This document shows, piece by piece, positions 13,399 through 30,167 of a stretch of DNA of 64,000 nt. Numbering within the stretch: position 1 is the stretch's first letter; each line of letters begins with the position of its first letter. The notes under the pieces were generated by a model that searched no databases, was not told the DNA's origin, and worked only from the letters and a program-made list of their open reading frames with translations. A program made the translations under genes and the position numbers. This stretch comes from Eledone cirrhosa. Its lineage: Eukaryota. The stretch is from contig OZ024743.1 in NCBI GenBank assembly GCA_964016885.1, positions 33,790,001 through 33,854,000 on the forward strand, given 5' to 3'.

Positions 13399-14007
13399 GT
13401 CAGGTCACCAGTTGGTGCTACTGGTAACATGTATCCCAATACAACCTGTCTCATGGTCGGGTCGTTGGCGACTAAACTGGCAGCCCCACCATGGTTTCTT
13501 GGTGAGTCGGGTGACTTTGCACCTCTTGCAGGACTAAAAACAAAACCTGTCAAAGGGCAAAGATCTCTTAAGAGTCAATGGCCATCCAAAATCACCGGGA
13601 GAGATGACCCCTTAGCCTTTGTCAAGGCAGAATTCTAGGAGAAGGAAGACTCTGATATAACACCTGCAACTCTGATGGTATCCAATGATGTTGACTTGTT
13701 CTTCTTTTTGTTAACTATCACCTTGGTTAAGAGAGTGGGACTGGCTTTGTGCAGTGCCTTTGCTCACTATAAAAGCTTCACAGCACAGGCATTGCTATAT
13801 ATCTGGAGATCTCTCTGCACTTATCGTCACATGGTACCATGGGCCCAGCACTATGTGTCAATAATTGTCACAAGTGTAGTGTTTGTACCAGAGTTTTCAA
13901 GTCGCTGGCTGAACTAAAAAGTCACACTTGTTCAGCGCATCGGTAGGGGTTCTCCTACATGGATATAAAGTAGTGGCCGTACTCGAAAACGAGTTGGCAG
14001 CCACCAT
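13399..14007 (+). mobile_element. Non-autonomous RTE derivative, copy 4 (full length)
   Basis: Same 5' start (gtcaggtcacc) and 3' end as copy 2. Confidence 0.88.
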
Positions 14008-14120
14008 ATATATATATATGTATGTATATATATATGTATGTATATATGTATGTATATATGTATGTATATATATATGTATGTATATATGTATGTATATATA
14101 TATGTATGTATATATATATG

Positions 14121-14155
<35 letters not shown>

Positions 14156-14172
14156 GTATGTATATATATATG

Positions 14173-14203
<31 letters not shown>

Positions 14204-14211
14204 GTATATAT

Positions 14212-14588
14212 GTCAGGTCACCAGTTGGTGCTACTGGTAACATGTATCCCAGTACAACCTGTCTCATGGTCGGGTCGTTGGCGACTAAACTGGCAACCCC
14301 ACCAAGGTTTCTTGGTGAGGAGGGTGACTTTGGACATCCTGCAGGACTAAAAACAAAACCTGTCAAAGGGCAAAGGAGCTCTTAAGAGTCAATGGCCATC
14401 CAAAATCACCGGGAGAGATGACCCCTTAGCCTTTGTCAAGGCAGAATTCTAGAAGCGTAGTGTTTGTACCAGAGTTTTCAAATCGCTGGCTGGACTAAAA
14501 AGTCACACTCGTTCAGCGCATCCGTAGGGGTTCTCCTACATGGATATAAAGTAGTGGCCGTACTCGAAAACGAGTTGGCAGCCACCAT
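14212..14588 (+). mobile_element. Non-autonomous RTE derivative, copy 5 (internally deleted)
   Basis: Same termini; jumps from ...gaattctag to ...gtagtgtttgtacc near 14452. Confidence 0.88.
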
Positions 14589-14772
14589 ATATATATATAT
14601 ATGTATGTATATATATATGTATATATATATATATATGTAAGTATATATATATATATGTATGTATATATATATATATGTATGTATATATATATATATGTAT
14701 GTATATATATATATGTATATGTATGTATATATATATGTATATATATATATGTATGTATATATGTATGTATAT

Positions 14773-14823
<51 letters not shown>

Positions 14824-14833
14824 TATGTATATG

Positions 14834-15023
<190 letters not shown>

Positions 15024-15027
15024 TGTG

Positions 15028-15062
<35 letters not shown>

Positions 15063-15087
15063 GTATATATATATATGTATATATATG

Positions 15088-15201
<114 letters not shown>

Positions 15202-15221
15202 TATATGTAAATATATATATG

Positions 15222-15254
<33 letters not shown>

Positions 15255-15353
15255 ATATATATATATATGTATGTATATATATATATATGTATATATATAT
15301 GTATGTATGTATATATATATATATATGTATGTATGTATATATATATATGTATG

Positions 15354-15386
<33 letters not shown>

Positions 15387-15391
15387 GTATA

Positions 15392-15436
<45 letters not shown>

Positions 15437-15865
15437 GTGTATATATATATGTATATATATATATGTATATATATGTGTATATATATATGTATATATATGT
15501 GTATATATATATGTATATATATGTGTATATATATATGTATATATATGTGTATATATATATGTATATATGTGTATATATATATGTATATATATGTATATAT
15601 ATATGTATATATATGTATATGTATATATATGTATATATATGTATATATATATGTATATATATGTATATATATGTATATGTATATATATGTATATATATAT
15701 GTATATATATGTATATATATATATATATATGTGTATATATATATGTGTATATATATATATATGTATATATATATGTATATATATATATATGTATATATAT
15801 ATATGTATATATATATGTATATATATATATATGTATATATATATATGTATATATATATGTATATA

Positions 15866-15912
<47 letters not shown>

Positions 15913-15943
15913 GTATGTATATATATATGTATATATATATATG

Positions 15944-15974
<31 letters not shown>

Positions 15975-16077
15975 GTATGTATATATATATGTATATATAT
16001 ATATATGTATATATATGTATATATATGTGTGTATATATATGTATATATATGTATATATATATATGTATATATATATG

Positions 16078-16112
<35 letters not shown>

Positions 16113-16113
16113 G

Positions 16114-16144
<31 letters not shown>

Positions 16145-16241
16145 GTATATATATATATATATGTATATATATGTATATATATGTATATATATATGTATAT
16201 ATATGTATATATATGTATATATATATGTATATATATGTATA

Positions 16242-16290
<49 letters not shown>

Positions 16291-16389
16291 GTATATATAT
16301 ATGTATATATATATATATGTATATATATATGTATATATATATATATATGTATATATATATGTATATATATATATATGTATATATATATG

Positions 16390-16502
<113 letters not shown>

Positions 16503-16549
16503 GTATATATATATGTATATATATGTATATATATATGTATATATATATG

Positions 16550-16650
<101 letters not shown>

Positions 16651-16693
16651 GTATATATATATATGTATATATATATGTATATATATATATGTA

Positions 16694-16966
<273 letters not shown>

Positions 16967-16967
16967 G

Positions 16968-17074
<107 letters not shown>

Positions 17075-17085
17075 GTATATATATG

Positions 17086-17124
<39 letters not shown>

Positions 17125-17135
17125 GTATATATATG

Positions 17136-17166
<31 letters not shown>

Positions 17167-17169
17167 GTA

Positions 17170-17210
<41 letters not shown>

Positions 17211-17247
17211 GTATATATATATATATGTATATATATGTATATATATG

Positions 17248-17316
<69 letters not shown>

Positions 17317-17327
17317 GTATATATATG

Positions 17328-17364
<37 letters not shown>

Positions 17365-17375
17365 GTATATATATG

Positions 17376-17436
<61 letters not shown>

Positions 17437-17465
17437 GTATATATATATATATATGTATATATATG

Positions 17466-17496
<31 letters not shown>

Positions 17497-17501
17497 GTAT
17501 A

Positions 17502-17578
<77 letters not shown>

Positions 17579-17579
17579 G

Positions 17580-17636
<57 letters not shown>

Positions 17637-17671
17637 GTATATATATGTATATATATATATGTATATATATG

Positions 17672-17775
<104 letters not shown>

Positions 17776-18007
17776 TGTATATATATGTATATATGTATAT
17801 ATGTATATATATATATATATGTATATATATGTATATATATGTATATATATGTATATATATGTATATATATGTATATATATGTATATGTATATATATGTAT
17901 ATATATGTATATATGTATATATATGTATATGTATATATATGTATATATATATGTATATATATATATATGTATATATATGTATATGTATATATATGTATAT
18001 ATATATG

Positions 18008-18038
<31 letters not shown>

Positions 18039-18051
18039 GTATATATATATG

Positions 18052-18088
<37 letters not shown>

Positions 18089-18101
18089 GTATATATATAT
18101 G

Positions 18102-18134
<33 letters not shown>

Positions 18135-18147
18135 GTATATATATATG

Positions 18148-18184
<37 letters not shown>

Positions 18185-18267
18185 GTATATATATATGTAT
18201 ATATGTATATATATATATATGTATATATATGTATATATATATATATGTATATATATGTATATATGTA

Positions 18268-18300
<33 letters not shown>

Positions 18301-18499
18301 GTAGATAAATCTACCAAGAGTTTACGGTAGTGTCCAATCCGTATGAAGAACTCAATGTATTCCGGATATCATGGAAAGAAGAGATGTAATGAAAAATCAC
18401 TTTCGGTGAAAGATAAACGGTATACAGAGTCAAGATAAAATATTAAACAAATAATGAATAAAACAATGAAACAGTTCCTTATATTAAACAAAAAAAGTT

Positions 18500-18649
18500 C
18501 ATTATTTAACGATCGTTTCTAGGATATATATGTGTTAGAATTGGCATGCATATTCAACAGATCTATGTACAAAATTATACAAAATTATACAAACTATCAA
18601 GATTAAATATACATATCAACACATATATACGCCGTCTTCAGAAATAATG
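18500..18649 (-). ncRNA. Type I hammerhead ribozyme with long stem II
   Basis: Reverse-complement copy of 19472-19611. Confidence 0.75.
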
Positions 18650-19471
18650 AAATATATTTATTGATAATAACAACAATTCAAAATTTCAGGTCCGTTTGGG
18701 AACAAAATTGACCAATGAAAATACAAAAGGTTTAATGCAGTTCGGTGTGTGTATATACATGTAACTACCCTTACACATATTTTACAAAAATGTATGCTCA
18801 ACTTGTATATATTTCTTTTTTCTTTTTTCTTTTTCTTCTCTTTCCTTTTTAATGTTTATTTTTTTTATTTTCTTAGTTTATAGATACATCTATAATAAGC
18901 AGTCTGCCCAAACCGTTGAATACTGACCTCTCCCCCCCTCCCACCTAATTTCTGTATCTTGATCTAAATGTGTGTGCCAGTGTTTATGTGAGTGAATTAA
19001 TATCCATGTGCTTATGACATTATATCCACATATATATATGTGAGTGGGGGTGTGTGTGTGTTTGTATGTTCGTAGTTATGTGTATGTTTATGCATTCGTA
19101 GTTATGTGTATGTTTATGCATTCGTAGTTATGTGTATGTTTATGCATATACGCGCGCGTGTGTGTGATTGTACGGATATGTGTGAGTATGAGAATATGTG
19201 TATACACTTATTTCATATTTATGTGTCTATACGCATCTTATCTGTGCATTATAAACTTACAGAGACATTAACCTTGAAATTTTGTATTTGCATCCATCCT
19301 TTTGGTATGCGTATACAAGTTGAGCATACATTTTTGTAAAATATGTGTAAGGGTAGTTACATGTATATACACACACCGAACTGCATTAAACCTTTTGTAT
19401 TTTCATTGGTCAATTTTGTTCCCAAACGGACCTGAAATTTTGAATTGTTGTTATTATCAATAAATATATTT

Positions 19472-19611
19472 CATTATTTCTGAAGACGGCGTATATATGT
19501 GTTGATATGTATATTTAATCTTGATAGTTTGTATAATTTTGTACATAGATCTGTTGAATATGCATGCCAATTCTAACACATATATATCCTAGAAACGATC
19601 GTTAAATAATG
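19472..19611 (+). ncRNA. Type I hammerhead ribozyme with long stem II
   Basis: CATTATTT-CTGAAGA-[~105 nt; tatatatgtgtt pairs with aacacatatata]-GAAA-CGATCG-TT-AAATAATG; 8-bp stem I and palindromic stem III. Confidence 0.78.
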
Positions 19612-19673
19612 AACTTTTTTTGTTTAATATAAGGAACTGTTTCATTGTTTTATTCATTATTTGTTTAATATTT

Positions 19674-19813
<140 letters not shown>

Positions 19814-19877
19814 TACATATATATACATATATATATATGTATATATATGTATATATATGTATATATATATATGTATA

Positions 19878-19927
<50 letters not shown>

Positions 19928-19939
19928 TGTATATATATG

Positions 19940-19999
<60 letters not shown>

Positions 20000-20011
20000 T
20001 GTATATATATG

Positions 20012-20044
<33 letters not shown>

Positions 20045-20151
20045 GTATATATATGTATATATATGTATATATATGTATATATGTATATATATATATATAT
20101 ATGTATATATATGTATATATATATATATATATGTATATATATGTATATATG

Positions 20152-20202
<51 letters not shown>

Positions 20203-20213
20203 GTATATATGTA

Positions 20214-20246
<33 letters not shown>

Positions 20247-20283
20247 ATATATATATATATATGTATATATATGTATATATATG

Positions 20284-20314
<31 letters not shown>

Positions 20315-20315
20315 G

Positions 20316-20426
<111 letters not shown>

Positions 20427-20431
20427 GTATA

Positions 20432-20558
<127 letters not shown>

Positions 20559-20563
20559 GTATA

Positions 20564-20698
<135 letters not shown>

Positions 20699-20781
20699 GT
20701 ATATATATATATATATGTATATATATGTATATATATATATATATTTATATATATGTATATATATATGTATGTATATATATG

Positions 20782-20844
<63 letters not shown>

Positions 20845-20868
20845 ATATGTATATATATATGTATATAA

Positions 20869-20986
<118 letters not shown>

Positions 20987-20997
20987 GTATATATATG

Positions 20998-21028
<31 letters not shown>

Positions 21029-21057
21029 GTATATATATATATATATGTATATATATG

Positions 21058-21115
<58 letters not shown>

Positions 21116-21261
21116 TGTATATATATGTATATATGTATATATATGTATATATATATATGTATATATATGTATATATACATATATATATGTATATATATGT
21201 ATATATACATATATATATGTATATATATGTATATATATATATATATATGTATATATATGTA

Positions 21262-21310
<49 letters not shown>

Positions 21311-21339
21311 GTATATATATATATATATGTATATATATG

Positions 21340-21375
<36 letters not shown>

Positions 21376-21462
21376 TGTATATATATGTATATATATGTAT
21401 ATATATGTATATATATATGTATATATGTATATATATGTATATATATGTATATATATATATGT

Positions 21463-21494
<32 letters not shown>

Positions 21495-21503
21495 GTATAT
21501 ATG

Positions 21504-21536
<33 letters not shown>

Positions 21537-21555
21537 GTATATATATATGTATATA

Positions 21556-21644
<89 letters not shown>

Positions 21645-21717
21645 GTATATATATATGTATATATATATGTATATATATATGTATATATATATGTATATAT
21701 ATATGTATATATATATG

Positions 21718-21752
<35 letters not shown>

Positions 21753-21753
21753 G

Positions 21754-21786
<33 letters not shown>

Positions 21787-21787
21787 G

Positions 21788-21884
<97 letters not shown>

Positions 21885-21897
21885 GTATATATATATG

Positions 21898-21932
<35 letters not shown>

Positions 21933-21945
21933 GTATATATATATG

Positions 21946-22054
<109 letters not shown>

Positions 22055-22179
22055 GTATATATATATGTATATATATGTATATATATATGTATATATATAT
22101 ATATGTATATATATGTATATATATATATATATGTATATATATGTATATATATGTATATATATATATATGTATATATATG

Positions 22180-22216
<37 letters not shown>

Positions 22217-22369
22217 GTATATATATGTATATATATATATATATGTGTATATATATGTATATATATATGTATATATATGTATATATATGTGTATATATAT
22301 GTATATATATGTATATATATATATATATGTATATATATGTATATATATATATATATATGTATATATATG

Positions 22370-22400
<31 letters not shown>

Positions 22401-22541
22401 GTATATATATATATATATATGTATATATATGTATATATGTATATATATGTATATATGTATATATGTATATATATGTATATATATGTATATATGTATATAT
22501 ATGTATATATGTATATATATGTATATATATATATATATACG

Positions 22542-22576
<35 letters not shown>

Positions 22577-22635
22577 GTATATATATGTATATATATACAT
22601 ATATATGTATATATATATATATATGTATATATATG

Positions 22636-22692
<57 letters not shown>

Positions 22693-22753
22693 GTATATAT
22701 ATGTGTATATATATATATATATGTATATATATGTGTATATATATATATGTATA

Positions 22754-22798
<45 letters not shown>

Positions 22799-22869
22799 GT
22801 GTATTATATATATATATGTATATATATGTGTATATATTATATATATTATATATATATATATATATATGT

Positions 22870-23041
<172 letters not shown>

Positions 23042-23061
23042 TGTTATATATATATATATAT

Positions 23062-23636
23062 GTTGTAATAAAATGAAAACGAAATTTTTTTCTCACTCTT
23101 AGTACGGCACTTACTTAAATGTAAGTATGTATGTATACGTACATACATATATGTATACAGACGTACAGTAGCATGCATATATATATATATATATATATAT
23201 ATTATACATACAGGTACACATACATATATGTACGTATCAGTTTAGTGGACGCTTATTATAGCGCCCGCTTTGTTCGTTTGTAAACAAACTGAACAGCCTG
23301 AATTTATGCCGTACGGTGTTAAGGCAACCACGTCACCTTTTTGTTCAACACTGACACAGGAACGATGTACTAGTTTCAAGCTTGTTAGCTATCATCAGCA
23401 TCGTATACCCTTCTGCCAGATGGTTGAACGTTCGAAAGTATATACTTTCCTTATGAAAATTAACGGCTGAGCAGCCTAATTTGCATATCGAGTGAGTTCG
23501 GCCAGGCGTACCGAGAACGACAAGTTGTAATAAAATGAAAACGAAATTTCATTTCTCACTCTTAGTACGGCACTTACTTAAATGTAAGTATGTATGTATA
23601 CGTACATACATATATGTATACAGACGTACAGTAGCA

Positions 23637-23678
<42 letters not shown>

Positions 23679-23812
23679 CAGGTACACATATACATATATG
23701 TATGTACGTATACATACATACTTACATTTAAGTAAGTGCCGTACTAAGAGTGAGAAATGAAATTTCGTTTTCATTTTATTACAACTTGTCGTTCTCGGTA
23801 CGCCTGGCCGAA
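23062..23812 (-). mobile_element. Hammerhead-bearing partial-tandem element with inverted end
   Basis: Direct repeats starting at 23062 and 23524 (period ~462); ~23690-23812 inverts ~23497-23615; HHR lies between the repeats. Confidence 0.78.
23362..23404 (-). ncRNA. Minimal type I hammerhead ribozyme
   Basis: Minus strand ACGATG-CTGATGA-t AGCT aaca AGCT t-GAAA-CTAG-TA-CATCGT. Confidence 0.85.
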
Positions 23813-24203
23813 AAAAATACCACGAAAAAAATACCACGGAGGCGGAGGGGGTATTCATATCGAGGCCGTAGAAGAGGTAGTGAAGAAGGCGAGAAGTATG
23901 AGTAATGGAAGCTTTCCAGTTGTCCCCACACTTCAAAGATTGCTCGACCAGAGGGAGTTATTAATATATTTAGAAACACACAGATACATGCGGACACACA
24001 CATATATACATGAATGCATCCGCACCCAACTGTGAGTTAAGGGTGCCAACTTCACCGATGTTGCTCAATGAATGACTGGGACAGACCAATTCAGTTTGAA
24101 CCAGACTGAACCAGTATCGGAGTTAAAAATACATTATGAAGAGAGAAGAAACATTTAGATATAATTAGTAGTAAAATGTATCATACCTAAACTGTTCCTA
24201 AAT

Positions 24204-24291
24204 TCCTCGACTACGTAGTTTCATGGCATAAACAAAAACAATATATCAAAGATATAGAGTCCTTGCGAGGTCTGCCGACTTATCAAGAGGA
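24204..24291 (-). ncRNA. Hammerhead ribozyme, U3-A8 core variant
   Basis: Minus strand TCCTC-TTGATAA-gtcggca...tgccat-GAAA-CTACGTAG-TC-GAGGA. Confidence 0.72.
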
Positions 24292-24805
24292 TACCTCATT
24301 TTACTAGTCTCAAGAACGCGTCTACACGACGTGAGAAAGAATCATATCTAAATGTTTCTTTTCTCTTCATAATGTATTTTTAACTCTGATACTGGTTCAG
24401 TCTGGTTCAAACTGAATTGGTCTGTCCCAGTCATTCATTGAGCAACATCGGTGAAGTTGGCACCCTTAACTCACAGTTGGGTGCGGATGCATTCATGTAT
24501 ATATGTGTGTGTCCGCATGTATCTGTGTGTTTCTAAATATATTAATAACTCCCTCTGGTCGAGCAATCTTTGAAGTGTGGGGACAACTGGAAAGCTTCCA
24601 TTACTCATACTTCTCGCCTTCTTCACTACCTCTTCTACGGCCTCGATATGAATACCCCCTCCGCCTCCGTGGTATTTTTTTCGTGGTTATAAGAGGCTTA
24701 GCTCTGTTTCTCGACCGTTATATCGCGTGACTATCTCCCCCTCCGCCTTTTGGGATTCTTTCTCACGTCGTGCAGACGCGTTCTTGAGACTAGTAAAATG
24801 AGGTA

Positions 24806-24893
24806 TCCTATTGATAAGTCGGCAGACCTCGCAAGGACTCTATATCTTTGATATATTGTTTTTGTTTATGCCACGAAACTACGTAGTCGAGGA
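24806..24893 (+). ncRNA. Hammerhead ribozyme, U3-A8 core variant
   Basis: TCCTa-TTGATAA-gtcggca...tgccac-GAAA-CTACGTAG-TC-GAGGA; one stem I mismatch. Confidence 0.68.
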
Positions 24894-25136
24894 ATTTAGG
24901 AACAGTTTAGGTATGATACATTTTACTACTAATTATATCTAAATGTTTCTTCTCTCTTCATAATGTATTTTTAACTCTGATACTGGTTCAGTCTTGTTCA
25001 AACTGAATTGGTCTGTCCCAGTCATTCATTGAGCAACATCGGTGAAGTTGGCACCCTTAACTCACAGTTGGGTGCGGATGCATTCATGTATATATGTGTG
25101 TGTCCGCATGTATCTGTGTGTTTCTAAATATATATG

Positions 25137-25256
<120 letters not shown>

Positions 25257-25266
25257 TGTGTATATG

Positions 25267-25394
<128 letters not shown>

Positions 25395-25426
25395 TGTATA
25401 TGTATATATATATATGTATGTATATG

Positions 25427-25613
<187 letters not shown>

Positions 25614-25648
25614 GTATGTATATATATATATATATGTATATATATATG

Positions 25649-25782
<134 letters not shown>

Positions 25783-25783
25783 C

Positions 25784-26002
<219 letters not shown>

Positions 26003-26014
26003 TATATTTATATG

Positions 26015-26219
<205 letters not shown>

Positions 26220-26270
26220 ATATATATGTATATATATATATATATGTATATATATATGTATATATATATG

Positions 26271-26305
<35 letters not shown>

Positions 26306-26327
26306 GTATATATATATGTATATGTAT

Positions 26328-26377
<50 letters not shown>

Positions 26378-26381
26378 GTAT

Positions 26382-26413
<32 letters not shown>

Positions 26414-26417
26414 GTAT

Positions 26418-26449
<32 letters not shown>

Positions 26450-26521
26450 GTATTTATATATATATATGTATATATATATATGTATATATATATGTATATG
26501 TATATATATATGTATATGTAT

Positions 26522-26571
<50 letters not shown>

Positions 26572-26617
26572 GTATATGTATATATATATGTATATGTATA
26601 TATATATGTATATGTAT

Positions 26618-26649
<32 letters not shown>

Positions 26650-26665
26650 GTATATATATATGTAT

Positions 26666-28157
26666 AAGGTTAGAATTAACAACGAATATAGTGAAGAGTT
26701 TAGCGTAAAAGTTGGCGTCCATCTGTTCTCAGCCCCCTACTATTTATTATTGCCCTTCAGGCTATAACAGAGGAGTTCAAGACAGGCTGCCCATGGGAAC
26801 TCCTATACGCAGACGACCTGACACTCATAGCGGAATCAATGGCCGAGCTAGAGAAGAAATTCCAAACATGGAAGCACGGCCTAGAGTCAAAAGGACTTAA
26901 AATTAACCTGGCTAAGACCAAAGTTCTAGTTTGTAGGAAAGAAAACAAGGCGGCGGTCCCTTCTGGGAAATGGTCGTGCTCGGTGTGTAGGAAAGGCGTA
27001 GGTAGAAACTCCATTTTATGTCCTAAATGCAAAGTATGGGTGCATAAAAGATGTAGTGGGATCACAGGTAAGCTAACTAAGAACATAGATTTTACATGTG
27101 GCCGGTGTTCTGGTGCAATAAGTAGCGGCAAGTGCCCACAAAATACTAGCTCTTTCAATTGCGCAGAGGGTTCTATAGAAATAGTGGACAGCTTCCGTTA
27201 CCTGGGCGATAAAATCAGCAGTGGGGGAGGGTGCTCTGAAAGTACTGTAGCTAGAGTCAGAACTGGTTGGAAAAAGTTCAGAGAGCTTATACCACTATTA
27301 GCTGCTAAAGGGTTCTCCCTAAAAATGAAAGGCAGGTTGTACGATGCCTGCATACGAACAGCAATGCTGCATGGCAGTGAGACCTGGGCATTGTGTGCAG
27401 AGGATATACGCAGACTAGAGAGGAACGAAGCTTGCATGCTCCGCTGGATGTGTAACAGTAATATACGTGAACGGCAAAGCATAAACGAACTAAGGAAAAA
27501 AATTAGAGATAAGAGGGATCAGATGTTGTTTACTCGAGAGAAGGCTACGTTGGTATGGACACGTGATGCGCATGAAAGTCGATAGCTGTATAACAAAGTG
27601 CAGGGCAATAAAGATAGACGGTAGTCACGGAATAGGCAGACCTAGAAAAACCTGGGACGAGCTGATAAACTCCGACATCACACACTTACACCTCTCCAAG
27701 ACGATGTCACTGGACCGAGACCTTTGGCGGTACTCAGTAACAGAGAAGACCCGCCTTACCTAAATATATAGTAAAACCTACTCCAGCCAGTAGGCATCTC
27801 TAACAAAATACACCCCGTCCCACCACGACCACCCCCACCCCATCCACACCACCCCGTTCTATGTAAAGTTATGTTGGTGCCGCGCCATCCAGGCCGAAAC
27901 AAATGAGATCGTGTAGGTGTCACGACAAAAAAACACACAGTCAACGCTGTAATGTGGCCGTGTAGGCAACACGGTAAAAACCTCCCAGACCCACACTGTA
28001 AATGTGGTTGGTGTTAGGAAGGGCATCCAACTGTAGAAAACCTGCCAGATAGTCCTATGCGAGCAAGACAATCACTCTTGCCTCAAGTGGGGACTACCCC
28101 CGTCCAAACCCATGTAAGCGTGGAACACGGACGTTAAACGTTGATGATGATGATGAT
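26666..28157 (+). mobile_element. 5'-truncated RTE-clade LINE with PHD-like finger, frameshifted
   Basis: VKVGVH/VLSPLLF, LLYADDL, GLKINLAKTKVL, FRYLG, HGSETW, WYGHVMR, GRPRKTW; 3' UTR ending (GAT)n. Confidence 0.9.
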
Positions 28158-28248
28158 ATATATATATATATGTATATGTATATGTATATATATATGTATA
28201 TATATATATATGTATATATATATGTATATGTATATGTATATATATATG

Positions 28249-28281
<33 letters not shown>

Positions 28282-28376
28282 GTATGTATATATATATGTA
28301 TATATATATGTATATATATATATATGTATATATATGTATATATATATGTATATATGTATATATATATGTATATATG

Positions 28377-28407
<31 letters not shown>

Positions 28408-28432
28408 GTATATATATATGTATATATATATG

Positions 28433-28469
<37 letters not shown>

Positions 28470-28505
28470 GTATATATATGTATATATATGTATATATATA
28501 TATAT

Positions 28506-28837
28506 GGAGGCACATGGCTTAGTGGTTAGAGCATTGGCCTTGCAATCGAAAGGTTGTGAGTTCAATTCTCAGACCGGGTGATGTGTTGTTTCCTTGAGCA
28601 AGACACTTTATTTCACATTGCTCCAGTTTACTCAGCTGTAGAAATGAGATGATAGGGACTGGGGTCCATATCATTCCACTGCAAAGTGGTCGTGGAGGTG
28701 CCACGGCAAAAAAAGCACCCAGCACTCACTGTAAATGAGGTTGGTGTTAGGAAGGGCATCCAGCTGTAGAAATCAAGCCAGAATCAGTTCCCGTCCCACC
28801 CTTGAAAGCAGGGAAAAGTGGATGTAAAATGAAATGA
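28506..28837 (+). mobile_element. tRNA-derived SINE family A, full length
   Basis: A-box TGGCTTAGTGG, B-box GAGTTCAATTC, CORE-like block, ggaagggcatccagctgtagaa block, RTE-like tail. Confidence 0.92.
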
Positions 28838-28905
28838 ATATATATATATATATATATATACATTATTCCGGGTTGAATCGGAGGTAACCACAGTAAATAT
28901 ATATG

Positions 28906-28936
<31 letters not shown>

Positions 28937-29131
28937 GTGTATATATATATATATATATGTGTATATATATATATATATATGTGTATATATATATATATAT
29001 ATGTGTATATATATATATATATGTGTATATATATATATATATGTGTATATATATATATATATGTGTATATATATATATATATATGTTTATATATATATAT
29101 ATATATATATGTGTATATATATATATATGTT

Positions 29132-29170
<39 letters not shown>

Positions 29171-29284
29171 GTATATATATATTTTTATATATATATATAT
29201 ATATATGTGTGTATATATATATATATGTATATATATATTTATATATGTATATGTATATATATATGTATATATATATGTATAAAT

Positions 29285-29523
29285 ATGATAATAATGGAGC
29301 TGCGGCGTTGCAAATGGGTTACATATAAAAAAGGGGGGAGTCCTTCATCAGTGACCCTCCAACCGTCCCAGGCATTTCATCGCTTTAAGGGCCATATACC
29401 TCAGGTTGGTGCGAACAACGGCTAAAAAAAGTCGTTGGGACACGTAAATAAAGAGAACGTTAGGGTGAACAAACAAAATGGTTTAAGCAACAGAAAGTGA
29501 GAGGAAAGAGACAAGTCCCAGAT
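29285..29523. other. Unassigned unique insert in microsatellite
   Basis: ~240 bp of complex sequence; minus strand has CTGATGA but no downstream GAAA. Confidence 0.4.
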
Positions 29524-29772
29524 TATATATATGTATATATATATATATGTATATATATATGTATATATATATGTATGTATATATATATGTATATATATAT
29601 ATGTATATATATATGTATATATATATATGTATATATATATGTATATATATATATGTATATATATATGTATATATATGTATATATATATATATGTATGTAT
29701 ATATATATATGTATATATATATATGTATATATATATATGTATGTATATATATATATGTATATATATATATGT

Positions 29773-29813
<41 letters not shown>

Positions 29814-29973
29814 TGTATGTATATATATATATGTATATATATATATATGTATATATATATATGTATATATATATATGTATATATGTATATATATATATAT
29901 GTGTATATGTATATATGTATATGTATATGTATATATATATATGTATATATATATGTATATATATATATGTATG

Positions 29974-30046
<73 letters not shown>

Positions 30047-30105
30047 GTATATATATATGTATATATATGTATATATATATGTATATATATGTATATATAT
30101 ATGTG

Positions 30106-30161
<56 letters not shown>

Positions 30162-30167
30162 TGTATA

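Larger units (their letters stand above)
23819..25130. mobile_element. Hammerhead-bearing element: ~1.3 units on + preceded by an inverted copy
   Basis: Direct repeats starting at 24344 and 24935 (period 591); 23819-24343 is an inverted copy of most of the unit. Confidence 0.8.

Noticed and set aside
28506-28580. tRNA gene
   Set aside because: A/B boxes are present, but there is no proper acceptor stem and it continues into a multi-copy SINE body
29300-29360. Ninth hammerhead (minus-strand CTGATGA)
   Set aside because: No GAAA, stem II partner or stem I complement downstream; at most a truncated half
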